In this document: one piece after another, positions 51,422 through 64,000 of the stretch
Position numbering within the stretch: position 1 is the first letter of the stretch
Layout: every line of letters starts with the position of its first letter
Assembly (NCBI GenBank): GCA_904063045.1
Contig: CAJFCJ010000031.1
Span: 124,001-188,000 of the forward strand
Source of the DNA: Dimorphilus gyrociliatus
Lineage: Eukaryota; Animalia; Annelida
Direction of reading: 5' to 3'
Length of the DNA: 64,000 nt
The notes under the pieces: generated by a model
The model's database searches: none
Told to the model about the DNA's origin: nothing
What the model saw: the letters and a program-made list of their open reading frames with translations, nothing else
Position numbers and translations under genes: made by a program

Positions 51422-54400
51422 ATGTCTTTAGTGACCGTAACAAGGTCTCCAACGCCGAACAATGTACCCCAATCTCCGTTTACCTTTACAGTTAGTAGAT
51501 TTCTTTTCTTTCCTACTCAATTAATAATTCTAATACTTATTTCTTTTTGTAAATAGAGAACTGCTCACTTCTCTCTTGATGATACAAATAAACATTCCAT
51601 TAGGTAGGTTAAATAACTTTTTCAAGTATTGATAATAACCATACAGTATATATGTATAGTTTCTTAATAATCCTATACTTGGCTAGACGACCTTTATTTG
51701 ACACTAATCAAGTTGACTGATGGGTTTTTTATATATATATATATATATATTCATTAGTTTATAATTAAGGCTTTATTTACTAAACAAACTTTTATTATTA
51801 TTATTATTTTTAAATTTAAAATAACCTATTTAAAACGTTAAATTATTTTTATTTAAATAATTCATTGTAAAGTTATGTTTTGATTATTATTTGTTGTTTT
51901 TTTTTATTTTATTTTATTTCTTTAACTATTTTCCTTAAAGGAACTCATTGAAAAGCGATAAAGTAATTTTAAATCTACCGTAAGTTTTAGGTGTAGTGTT
52001 TGTTGATGTAAACGACACTATAAATAATTTATAAATATATTATGTAATCATAGTTTTTTTTTGTTTCTTTTGATAAAAAGAAACAAAAAAGATTATTTGA
52101 AAAAAAAATTTTGTAATTTTGTTTTTTTTTTTTAAAAAAAATAACAAAAATAAAAACAAATTTTATAATCTTATCGGAAATTTTTGTAACTTGTAAGTTT
52201 CTTGTTGTGGCATTAATCATAATTTGTTTATTTTATACGGAATGTATGTACTTTGTTTTTACATATTAAACATGTTTATTTTGATTCGTTTTCTTTCTCT
52301 CATTTAGCCACAATTATGTCGCTTTGAAGGGAGCAGCTCTTATATTACCTTTATCGGAATGCGTTCATCGTAGAATTGATAGCAGCGGTAATTGTTATTT
52401 TTTTTTTCTATATCATTAATAATGATTTATTCCTTTTTTTTTATTTTGTTTTATTTAGAGAGCATTATCCATCATCATTTGCAAATGATTTGCGATCTAC
52501 TATGCTTAGACCATTGTTTAAAAATTGCTGTTCATTTAGAAAGCGCAAATGATAATCATATAAGATATATGGCTCTTGTTTCTCCTGAAGGAGAAGTACA
52601 GTTTGGTCCAGCGGCTGTTATTCTTGGTATTGATATTATCCCGTTTAAGGATGGGAGAGAAACCTGTGCTACTATCGGCCTTATACTTCCTTTATTTTGT
52701 GATATGGATGTGAGACTTTGTGAGGATGGGTTTGTATTTATTTACAGTATATATATATATATATATATATATTTAGTATATCATTGAAATGTTATATTTT
52801 ATGTTTAATAGTTATTTCGTTGTGGCATCGAACAATGAGCAGAATTTTTTTAAGCCGGTATCTGTTCAAGTGCTTTGGTCAGCTCTACAGAGCCTCTACG
52901 TATGTCAGGAAATGGCGAATAATCCGAAACACCTAAATAAATTGAATAGGTCGACTCGTCGAAGTAACGATTGGACCGCCGATTATAAAGTAAATTCTGT
53001 ATACGCCAATATTTCTGAATGGAATAAGAGTTGTGAGGATATTGAAATTAAATTTACATCGCCAATATACGATCTCCATAAATCGCCAACGGAACTCGAG
53101 ATGCAGCGAAAGATTGAAGGGGCTCTTAGAGAAATTATGGCGATTGTCGATTTAGAAGAGGTTACAACCGTTATGATTCGTGAGAAATTAGAAAAGAAAT
53201 TATCAATGAATTTACATTCTAGAAAGTCTTGGATTGATGAAAAAATTTTAGTTGTTTTAGAGCAGTTTAACTCTCCATCAACTATCCGTGATTATTTACT
53301 ATTAGGTTCGGAAGGTAACGCTTCAGATCTTAAAGAGTTGAAAAGGCAAAATGTTACACATATCCTTAATATAACGCGGGAGGTGGACAATTTTTATCCA
53401 AACCGTGAATTTGTATATATGAATATTCGTGTCGACGACGACGAAAATGCTTGGCTGCTCAACGAGTGGGATTCCACCAATGCTTTTATAAGTCAGGCTA
53501 AGGAACTTAATTCTAAAGTATTGGTACATTGTAAAATGGGAGTTTCCAGATCTGCAGCGACAGTTATTGCTCATCTTATGAAGTGCGAAGGTATGCGCCT
53601 AGATCAAGCCTTGAAAGACGTTAAAACTCGTCGACCAGTTATTAGACCAAATAGAAATTTTATGCGACAATTGAGTGAGTACGAGAATATATTGGAAGCA
53701 AGTGGTCAAAGAAGACGATTTAAAGTCGAAACTACATTCCAACTCTCCCCAATAGCCAATCGTTGTACTTTTAGTGATTGTAATACCAGATCTACACCTG
53801 ATTTAAGTATAAAGTGCAATGATAAATGTCCAAGGAGAGGAAGTTGCACTCCTCCAACTACTCCAAATTCTAAAAGAAAAATTGTTACCGACTCCGTTTA
53901 TTTTCCATTGAATAATTCTGATCAAAGGGACAATTTTGTCCGTTATAATTCGCGTGATAGAAATACACAATCTGGCGTTCATAGATCTCAAAGTATGAGA
54001 GAGAGAGGTGCCTATAGTAAAGTTGAACTTGAACGTTGGAGTGGTCAAGAGTATGAGGATTACGAACACTTGACTCCAGGTGTTATACAACGTCGTCTCA
54101 GAGCTCTAACGGAACCCGAAAGAAGATCTATCGAATCAGACACTCCTCCTGATAACAATGTAGTACGTCAAGGTTTCGTTCAACAACAAGCGCAAACGAT
54201 CGAACGCAGTACTCCACCCGAAACGCCAAAGCCAGTAAGAGCATCGGAACACAGAAGAGAGCAGCAAGAGATCGAATCCGACGAAGAGCAAGATCAAGAC
54301 CAAAAACATACTACGAACGGTATGAGCCAGAAAAATAATGTTGTTCCTAATCACAACGACGGTGAATGGCGAAAGAAAGTAGGTCAGGATAGAAACAGAG

Positions 54401-54768
54401 TCGAGGTTCGAGTTCAGATCAACCCTCATACTTTTATAGAGGCTAAACCTGCGTCTGAAGCTCACTGTAAAGTTTACGTACGAGGTCAGGCTCAGTCTTT
54501 GAAACAAAATCGCAATAGGACCAGAGCTCAGGCACGAGAGAAAATTCGTAACAGAGGTCGACAACAGGCTTCAGACAATTATTCGTCAGCCGAATCCTCG
54601 ATAGAGGAGTATGCCGATGCCGGCCCAAAACGATTTAATAGCTATAAGGACTGCGAGGACGACTCTGATATGGATTATACAAGTCCATTCCAATGGATGA
54701 AAGCGGAACAATTGGCCAGAATGAGGCGTGCTATTGCCAAAAATACTAGGAAAAAGACGGAATCGTAA
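51422..54768 (+). CDS. SSH: Protein phosphatase Slingshot (SSH-N, DEK_C, dual-specificity phosphatase domain)
   Basis: Start MSLVTVTRSPTP, ALKGAALIL, HHHLQMICDLL..KIAVHLES, FKPVSVQVLWSALQ, DEK_C helix, and intact catalytic loop VHCKMGVSRSAATVIA. Confidence 0.93.
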
Positions 54769-55363
54769 ATCTGATTGAGAGAAAAACAATAATAATGATA
54801 ATGATGAAGACGACGAACGACGATAAAAAGAGATTTATTGAACGTTTTTTTTGTCTTTTTTTTATCGATTCGTATTCTCTGTGTTTGTTGAAAAGAAGAG
54901 GAAAAGACTAACTTTTTTCTACGTAAGCAGCTTAATCTATGTTTTAAAGAAAAGGAACATACATTACATTTTTGTTATAGGTATATTGCTGCTGTTTATT
55001 TAAGTTTACATGATTAACAATTAAAATTCATTTGAGAGAATAAAGCAAGCTGATAACTAACAAATCTTGTTTATAATCTATATTTTCCTTTTAAGTGGAA
55101 GTTGTTTATTTTCATACAAAAATGGTTTATTAGTAAAAGTTGTATAAGATAATATGGAAATAAATGAATATATGTAAATATATATTTGATTATATACTTT
55201 TCTTTTCTTTTTTTTGTGTGCATATGACAAAATATTGTAAAGTAAGCAGCAAAAATCCGCCATTCCCCGCCTTTCTCTCCCCCCTCCCCCCTTGTAGCTG
55301 GTTGAGTAACGTTTAAACGAAAGATTCGTAGTAGTATCTCACAGTTTTCTGTGATTGGTTGGA

Positions 55364-58300
55364 ATGGCGTCCTCTACGGATGGTAATAGTCAGTTTTCTC
55401 CTGACATGTCCGAATTATCTGAGGAAGAAAGGCTGAAAGTCTTAGATGTACTCAAACGAGCCCAAGTTTGTCTTAATTCTAAATCCTTTATCAGCTATTT
55501 GCGTAATTTAAACAAAATCATTCCAATTTTCAACCGAAACTTTAATTCCAACTCAACTTTTTTAGGTCTTTCTTCATCAGGAAGAAAAGCATTCACTAAG
55601 GTATTAAAACTAAATTTTTGTGACATATTTTCAATTTAAAATCAAATATATCGATATAGACAACCACTTCAAGGACAGTTGTCTAAATATACAAATATGA
55701 TGAAAGGTTGGCAATATCGATATTTCGTTTTGGAACCTACTCCTGGGCGTTTATCTTACTTCGAGGTATAGTTTAAGATAACTAACGAAACCATTTACTT
55801 AATTGCAATATTAATGTTAACATTTAGAAAGAAGAGCATAAAACTACTCAAAGACCACGCGGATCAATTAACTTAACAGTAATTTAAATAGAATTGCAAG
55901 AATTTATATGAGAACTAATTTCCTTTGTAAAATACATTTAGAACGCCGTTGTATATCCATCGGAGGAAGATTATCAAACTTTTCATGTGAATGCATCTAA
56001 TGGAGTATCGTTTCAACTGAAAGGTTGGCGATGATAGATTATTAATCACAGATCTCGAATATAAATATTCAATTTTTCAGCCATTGATACAAAAGAACGA
56101 CAATGCTGGATCGATAGACTTCGAGCTACTGTTGAATATCATAATGAGATCTATCGAAAGAATAACGTAAGTAATAAAAAGAAACATTTTTTATTTAATC
56201 TAGTAAAAAATAATTAAAAAAAAAAGCTAACCACCGAGAATGCATTGTGGAATGAAGCGGCAAAAGCCGAACAAAAGTCCAATTCTACGCCTTGTCTACT
56301 TAGTCTATCAGACGAAATAAAAAATTCCTCCGATTCCGAGTCGACAAACACGTTAACGAGGTGAGGGGAAAAAATTATATATATAAAGTATATATATATA
56401 GATATATTAATAGTAAGTTATATAAAGAAGAATAAAAGCACTCTTATGCATTTATATTGCATGGTATTTGTAAAAGATATTCCTAGCTTTCTTTCGTGTA
56501 TCTGTGTTTATTGATAATTTGTAATTTTAGACACAAAAACAAAACAAACAAAATTATTAATATATTGTATGAGAAAACGTTAAAATTTTCCATACTTTTT
56601 GTTTGTCAATAATTTTTTCTTTTATTTTGTTTTTTTTTTAGTTAAATGTTGTTCCGTTTTTTTTTTCAATCACTAAATAATTAAAGGAAAAAGACACTTC
56701 GAAGCGAAATCGAAACAGAAGATTCTGATACTATAGCAACACCCCCAGTGTAAGTTTATCACCTCGTATAATTTAGATTAATAGAATAATTGCTAAAACT
56801 TTAAATAGATTTACATATTCTTTTCTCTCCTTCTTCTTCTTCTTCTTCTTCTCCTTTCTCGTTAATTAATTTTTTGAATTTTTGTTTACTATTTCCAAAT
56901 TATTTCTATTATAGTTTTACCAATTAAAATTTGCATAAGCTTATTCATTTTTTTCTTTTGTTTTCTTTCAATATAGAGAACCGGCAAATATTAATGATTG
57001 TACGACTTCTATTTCAACTTTAAACATGGTGGAAAGTTTTAAATCGGCTAAGGATATGCTCAATAATGTTAATCTGTTGAATAAGGCCTTAATTAAGGCG
57101 ACTGACGTAAATAGAATTTATAATTTCTATTATTTTATCAATTTTTTTTTACGCTTTTACGTGTTTGTTGCAGTTTTCACCTTCAATCTATGGATTATCT
57201 ATGTTTGATAAGGTAATAATACTCAAATATATCTATTACTTATCTTTATTACTAATATTCACAATATCCTATTGTTGACTGCAGGATCTACTTAATTTGA
57301 AAGCTATAAGTTCAGCTAACGTTAAATGTTTAGAGGACTGTTTTATGTCCCTTGTTGATTATAAGGTATATATATTTATATATATACTAATATATTTACT
57401 TAAGCATAGTTTTCTTTGTTTTATGTTTTACTATATATAATACAGGATGAATTGCTAAGAAATGCGGGGCAGCCTTCAAGACAAACGAAATGGTACTATC
57501 CACTTAATTCCAATCAGGAGTAAGTTGAAAAGATAATAATAATAACAATAATAATAATTTTAAAAAATTAAAAATAGGGGAGATGATCAAAGTACAGATA
57601 GTTTACTATTAATGGAACCAGCCGATTTTCGTACGTTTCTCCCTCATCTCTCTCTCAACATATAAATATTTTATATCATCTAATATATTTTATATAGAGG
57701 AAATTGAAGACGATAGCGAAGAGGATGAGAATATTGAAAGGGGATCGGAGAGCTCTTGTCCCGTTCCTGTTGATATTCTATCTAAGCTAAAGCTTGGTGC
57801 AGATCTTACTAAAGTAACCCTACCAGCTTATATACTTGACAAAAAATCCCTTCTAGAGATGTTTGCCGATTGTAATTCTAATCCTCAACTGTTTTTAGGG
57901 TAATATTTTTACGTTATTGTAACATATACTAAGAAATATATATATAAATACATTATCTATTTTAACTAGACGTTTATTTATATAACCATAATTGTAATTT
58001 ATAGTATCGCTGATGAGAAAACAGCTAGAGATCGTATGGAAGCTGTAGTTAAATGGTATTTAACAACTTTCAAGGGTGCTATTAAAAATGGAAAAATAAA
58101 CAAACCTTATAATCCGATTATTGGTGAAAATTTTCATTGTCAATGGTCGGTTGACAATACAACTTTATCGTTTACCGCCGAACAAGTGTCTCATCACCCA
58201 CCAATTAGCGCCTTTTTTATGGAAAGTAAACAAAAGCGTATTTCGTTGAATTCATCTGTTTGGACAAAAATATCGTTTCACGGAATGAGTGTAGGAATAT

Positions 58301-59099
58301 CATTAGTTGGAAATAGTAAGATGATAATTCTTTTTATAAAATCTATATCTTAGATGGGAATACACAGAATTTTGCTTTTGTTTATTCTTTTACAGTTAAG
58401 ATAAGATTGGATGAATTTGATGAAGAATATTTGTTGACATATCCTAGCATTTATGTTAAATCGCTACTTACAAATCCACTGATTGAACTGGGTGACAAAG
58501 TATCAATTAAATGTCCTAAATCAGGATATAATGCGACACTGGAATTTTCCACTCGAAATCAGGCAGAGGAAAGAGTCCATTTTGTTAATGGAGAAATACG
58601 TGAGCCGGAAAATTCGAATGTTATTATGAAAATCAATGGAGAATGGAAAAATAGTATAAAATTTGTAAAATTAGACGGTGACAATAAAGAATATATATTG
58701 GATCTCAAAGAAATTTCCACCTTTAAAAAGCGTGTTCGACCAATAGAGAGCCAAAATGACAAAGAATCGAGAAAAGTGTGGAGAGATATCACTCAGAGTT
58801 TAAGAAAGAATGATTTTGTTCAGGCGAATAAGCTAAAGACAAAGGTTAGCTTAGAGAATAATTTAAACGATACCATCTTGTTCCATTTATAACTGAGATT
58901 GATATTTTTTTTTACTTATTTTAGTTGGAAAATTCACAGAGAGCCAAAGATACTTCAAAATCATTTACGCCTAAAGTGAGTTTTAATTCTCTCTCTCTCT
59001 CTCTGTCAGTTGATCAATTGTTAATCTCTTTTGTATTATTCTTTCTAACAGTACTTTCAACATATTAAGGAAAAAGAATGGTTTTTCAAAAATTCTTGA
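55364..59099 (+). CDS. Oxysterol-binding protein-related protein, ORP10/11-like (PH + ORD)
   Basis: PH domain [47 protein letters not shown] has [24 protein letters not shown] and the EQVSHHPP fingerprint. Last exon 59052-59099 [15 protein letters not shown]. No FFAT motif seen. Confidence 0.9.
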
Positions 59100-61359
59100 G
59101 ATGCTACAATATATTAATAAACACATATATACAGACAAACGCAATACAAACACACACATACACACATACTCACACATGCAAGCACTCTCCATATACACCA
59201 GAAGAAGATATTGAAATGCTATTTTCTGCTCAACTGAATTGATCTGCAGACATTCAAATGGTTATGTTCATCTTTTTTTTTTTAAATTGGAGGATTAATA
59301 GAACTTAGGATTATCAAGATAGTTTATACAATTTACTTATGTTTACGTGTTTAATATAATATAATATACAATATATTGACAAACTTTTTTTTATGCATTT
59401 GTTTACTTATAAAAAATTTTGTACGTTATCAAGTTCATAATAAAATAGGCCATATTAATATTATAATATCTATAATAAATACTAAATTTTTAAAGAGAAG
59501 AATGGTTTTATTGTGTTATCTAATATGAAACCTATTGGTATAGATGACGCGGATTTCCCTTTCTCTTTTTTGCTCTCTTGATACTATACACTATCTCTTT
59601 TCGTCTGGAGAATTGTCTTAATCTGTTTCTTATCAGTTAAGGATATTTAAACGCGATAATTTATTGATATATCTAACACTTTTTTATGACCAATCTACCC
59701 AACCAATTGGATTATTATTACATCTATAAAGAATATGCGTCATTCGTAGGTACAGCTTTTAAATTTTGAGCGCTGAAACATTATTATATTCGTAATATTT
59801 ATAAAAACAATAATAAATAAACATTTCCAATCTTTAGGATATTTTTCACGTGTATAGGTATAGAAATGTCAAAAATTTAACGATAGATTATCATTAGATA
59901 CGAAAATGCGCTTCGACACTTTTTATACAATAGCAGACAAGTTTTTTTCATAGATTCTGGAGTAGGTGTTGTTTTCGATTAAATATTCCAGGCATTAACT
60001 TACATTTCAAAATTATTCATCAATTGTCGGTAAGTTATATTTTTAATTTATAAAATGAAATGTTGATTAATTTCCACGAATGGATTAATTTTACATACGA
60101 TGCATAAGAAAATTTACCTATATTCTTCTACCTCTTAGTTAGGCTATATTTTGTTGTTGTTTTTTTCAATTTATTTCCTCAAATTACTTGAGAAATTTGC
60201 AGAATTTAACTAGTATAAAACTTAAAATACTAAAAAAACTACATTTTATTTATGATAACCAACAAGTGAATAATATTGGAGGTCTAATGAAGGTGTTTAC
60301 ATACCATAATTACATCAATGATCTAAAATATTATTAACAATCAGCATTCTTTCATCAAGTAGATTTACGGTTAGACCAATAATAAATTAACTACGAGCGA
60401 TTATAATCGTAGAATGATTGACAGTGATTATTTACCTTACAACTATGGCCGAGTATTCTTTGTTTTGAGTTGAAAATATCAAAGTCCTTATCGTATTACT
60501 GGATAAAGAATGGTGTTATTGTTACATTTTCCTTAATTTGATTCCATTACGTTCTAACATTTACATAACTTGAGCATAAAACGATAAAAATATATAAAAT
60601 GCAATTCACCTGATTAAACAATTATAGCAATTAAAAAAAAACGCAATATCCATAAAGGATTGTTGTATTTTTGTTAAAATTTCGTAACTTATTTAATTCA
60701 TAAATTCAATTTTTTCAGGTACTTTATTTATTTATGAGAGGGGAATAAAAATCAATAGGAATCTATGTTTTCGTGTAAAAATAGTTGTATGACGGTTTAT
60801 ATTTGAATATCATTGTGCAGCGAAAAAAAAAAATAATATAGATTAACACCTTATACTCTCCTCTTTCTCTCTTCTAATAATCAGACAACTCTCCGGTGCC
60901 TTTTTTAGAATTTATTTAACGAGCTTTTTAGATTGGAATCCTAAGGCGATTAGTCATAGGAAAGAACTTTCATCATTGTCCTTTTTAGTACCATATAGGG
61001 CTAAGTTGGTAATCGCTACCACTTCAGCTTAGAGCCTCTCTCCCCGTAAATGCAACAAATATATTGAACAATATAGTAAGAGTATATCCTTGAACTTATA
61101 AAATACTTCCTTTACGACAATTTCTGTTCATAATAAATAAATATATGTCTATATATAAATTGCATTTATTATATACTATATTATGTTATAAGAAATATAT
61201 TGATTTTCAGTTAAAAAGCAGCTACTAGCGAATCTATGAACATAGTGAAATCCGAAAATCGAATAAATCATGGGTAAATATAGAAAAAATAATAAATTAC
61301 GAATATATGCTCTCAGTTAATATTTCATATATTTATTTGTATTAATTCTTTCTTTCCAG

Positions 61360-64000
61360 ATGAAAAGAAAGGAAAGGTATGATAAATTTTTTTTTTCGAC
61401 TTTTCTCCGTTGCTCTCTCACTCTCTCTTTCTTTCTTTCTCTCTCTCTACTTATAATATACCAACTATAAATATTTTACTGTCGTTTTATTCATATATAT
61501 ATATACATATTAATATATAACAAAAACAAACAAACGAAATTATATCATAATATATTGAAGAAGAAATTATTACTAAATTTCTTTAGTTTTTGTTCCGTTC
61601 GGCATCCGGAAACGAAGATGCTATAAATGTCATTAGAAGTTCGAGTTGTAGCTTCAACACAATCAGCGATGAAGATAAGGTTCTTTAAATATAATTATAT
61701 TTCCTTTTCTACATAATTTCGAAATGAACACACTTATACTATATATACTTTATATATAGTATATAAAATGCTTTGCTTCATCCGTAAGGCTTTTGAGAAC
61801 TTGTTAATTTTTCGTTCGGCTAATTATTTATTCAATTTTGTTTTCATATTTTTCAATTAAATATGATTAATTTTCAATTTTATTGATATTTTTTTTATGG
61901 GGCTTGTTTTTTATATTTTTTTTTTAAAAAAAATCAATTTTTAATATTTTATAGGAAACTATTCGCCAATTAGAAGCGAGACATATTCCCAAGAGGAGTT
62001 CGGATGAAGAGGATGAAGAAAACGTCATTAAAAAACTTGCTAAGCAGGTAACCTTGAAACAGTGTAATGAAGTCTTTATTAACTGATTTTGTCTGATTAT
62101 GAGTGTTATCTTTTTTTCCTTCTTCTCCGTAATTGCTTTTTATCAAAATTGTCTTTGTTTACAATTTTGATATATTTTTAAATATTTAACAGAATATAGG
62201 TGATATTTCTCCTCCTGCTTTACCATCTCAACCTCCTCCGATACCGCCCTCATCTCCTCCACCATTGGACGATAATCGTCCACCTTCCCTGTCTAAGGGA
62301 TTTTCACCGATGAATATCCCATCTGTTGATGAGGAAGAGGAACCGTCACCATATCGTAGTGGACCACCACCATTGGCCGATGAAGAAGTATTCTCAGAGG
62401 AGGAGGAACACAAGTTTGAAATAAAAGAATATCAGAAAAGTGAACAGAAATTTATTCCGGAAGATGTTGAAACTATGTCAAGAGTTATACACGATTTAGA
62501 GGAAAAAGATGTTGAAAAAGAGGAAATAATTGATGCATCGACGGTTGCCACAATTGATGATTCTGAAACACCTTCCATACGCGTTCAAGGATTGTCAGAT
62601 AACCAGAATGCTCAAGATGACGACAGACAGCACGATTTTGATGATGAAGATATAGTGGAAGATAATGACAGTTCGGCAGTTAAAACCGATGATGACGAAA
62701 GTGACGCTAATGCAGAGGATAACAAGGTTTAACCCAATTATCCCTTGATTAAGCTTTATCCTGTTTTTTTTAGCTTGAATAATTAGATGACCTCGTTATA
62801 TTTTCTTTTTATAATTAGCATCTTTATACACCAATATTTTTTATTTATTCTCTCTTCTCTTTCTTCCTCATTAAAGTTAAGAGATACGGTTGTAAATGGT
62901 AAACAAGGAGACAAAGTTCATGAAAATGGGCTAAAACTAGAGAAAGAACAGGAAAGAAAACAAGAAATTAACGAAGATATAGAAAAAGAAGAACTAACAA
63001 AAGAAAGAGAAGATTGCAAACTAAACAAAGAAGAAGAGAGCGAACAATTAGCAATTGATGAAACACAACAAAACGAAATGTCCAATCTATTGGATAAACC
63101 GGATTGTAAAGGAGAAAATGTTGTTCCCATGGAAACCAGTTTAAGTGAAGATAAGTGTTCAGAGTTATCAAATGTAAGGAATTTGCAACGATCATATAAC
63201 AATCAATCGTTAATACCGAAATAAATTCTTTTCTCACTCACTTTTCTCTTTATCAGAGCGACGTCAGCCAAGAAAAGAATGATCACGAACTAACCAGTAG
63301 TCGTGATGATGATTCTCACAACGGTAGCCTTGAAACTTCGTCTTGCCTCAATTCTACTGTGGAGGTTTGTTATCCTTTCTTTATCTATCTATCTATCTAT
63401 ATATCTATCTATTTATATATAGTATATCTTTATTTCTGTCTTTTTTTAAAACTGCCAAAACTCTCTTTATCTTTATACAAATCGAAGCAGCAATGATGTT
63501 CCGGTAGGGCGGTGTGCCTTATCTTTTCTATAGAACTAGAATCATTACTAATAATACTAGGTGTGAATGATATAATGCAGTAAGAATTTCATTTATTCCT
63601 ACTAAAAATAAATTAAAAAAATACGCTTTTCCTTCCTTTTTTTGCTGTGAATTTGAAGTATCATTCTCCTCTTGTATAATAATTCTTTCCTTTTTCAGTC
63701 TTCCAAGCAAGGAGACTCTTCCATTGATGATATAAAAGTCAGTATTTTGTTTCTTCTCTTAGCAAGATATTAAAGCTTTTTTTTCTTTTGCTTAAGATTA
63801 CTTCCCCATTATTGAATTTAACGGCTGAAAAGGCCAGAGCTTCATTGAGGTTACCTGGAAGGAAAAAACCTACCCGTGCCTCTGTTGCAACGGGTACCGT
63901 TTTTAGCACTGTTGATATAAATTTAAATGATAAGCTTCCCAAAACCGAAAACGATATCAAAGCTAATGGCCATGATAGTGAACCCGTTAAGAAACAGAAG
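61360..64000 (+). CDS. Partial multi-exon acidic/proline-rich protein with a CPI-like motif; 5' end unresolved, runs off the window
   Basis: Phase-consistent exons 61360-61376, 61587-61679, 61955-62047 and 62193-62727, plus further exons to 64000. Contains PPALPSQPPPIPP, long D/E tracts and LLNLTAEKARASLRLPGRKKPTR. Confidence 0.6.

Overview
AT-rich eukaryotic (animal) genomic DNA, not prokaryotic. It is gene-dense, with many very short GT-AG introns (about 50-90 nt) and abundant (TA)n/(CT)n microsatellites. I found no CRISPR array, rRNA, tRNA or intact mobile element. I manually reconstructed 13 protein-coding genes: an orphan class A GPCR, SMIM14, a DMRT gene with two DM domains, an orphan coiled-coil ORF, TBC1D7, a tetraspanin, a PLC-like/PRIP orthologue, EFCAB5, DNAAF3, a PAM2-motif low-complexity protein, slingshot phosphatase, an ORP10/11-like protein, and a partial acidic protein with a capping-protein-interaction-like motif. 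Motile-cilia genes plus tiny introns suggest a compact-genome ciliated invertebrate such as a spiralian (inference only). The most interesting signals are: (1) the double-DM gene, which also carries a C-terminal half-DM Cys motif and an 8-aa SP repeat; (2) an OSBP-related protein spliced in frame to an N-terminal RIM/Piccolo-type Rab-effector helix; (3) a PRIP orthologue that keeps both catalytic histidines and whose first exon may lie inside EFCAB5; (4) ATACAGTAT/ATACTGTAT words in TA runs that match Tc1/mariner excision footprints; (5) recurrent CTCF-like CCGACAGATGGCG sites; (6) an RFX X-box between two divergent ciliary genes. Gene names come from recalled family motifs, no database search was run, and all exon boundaries are manual predictions.
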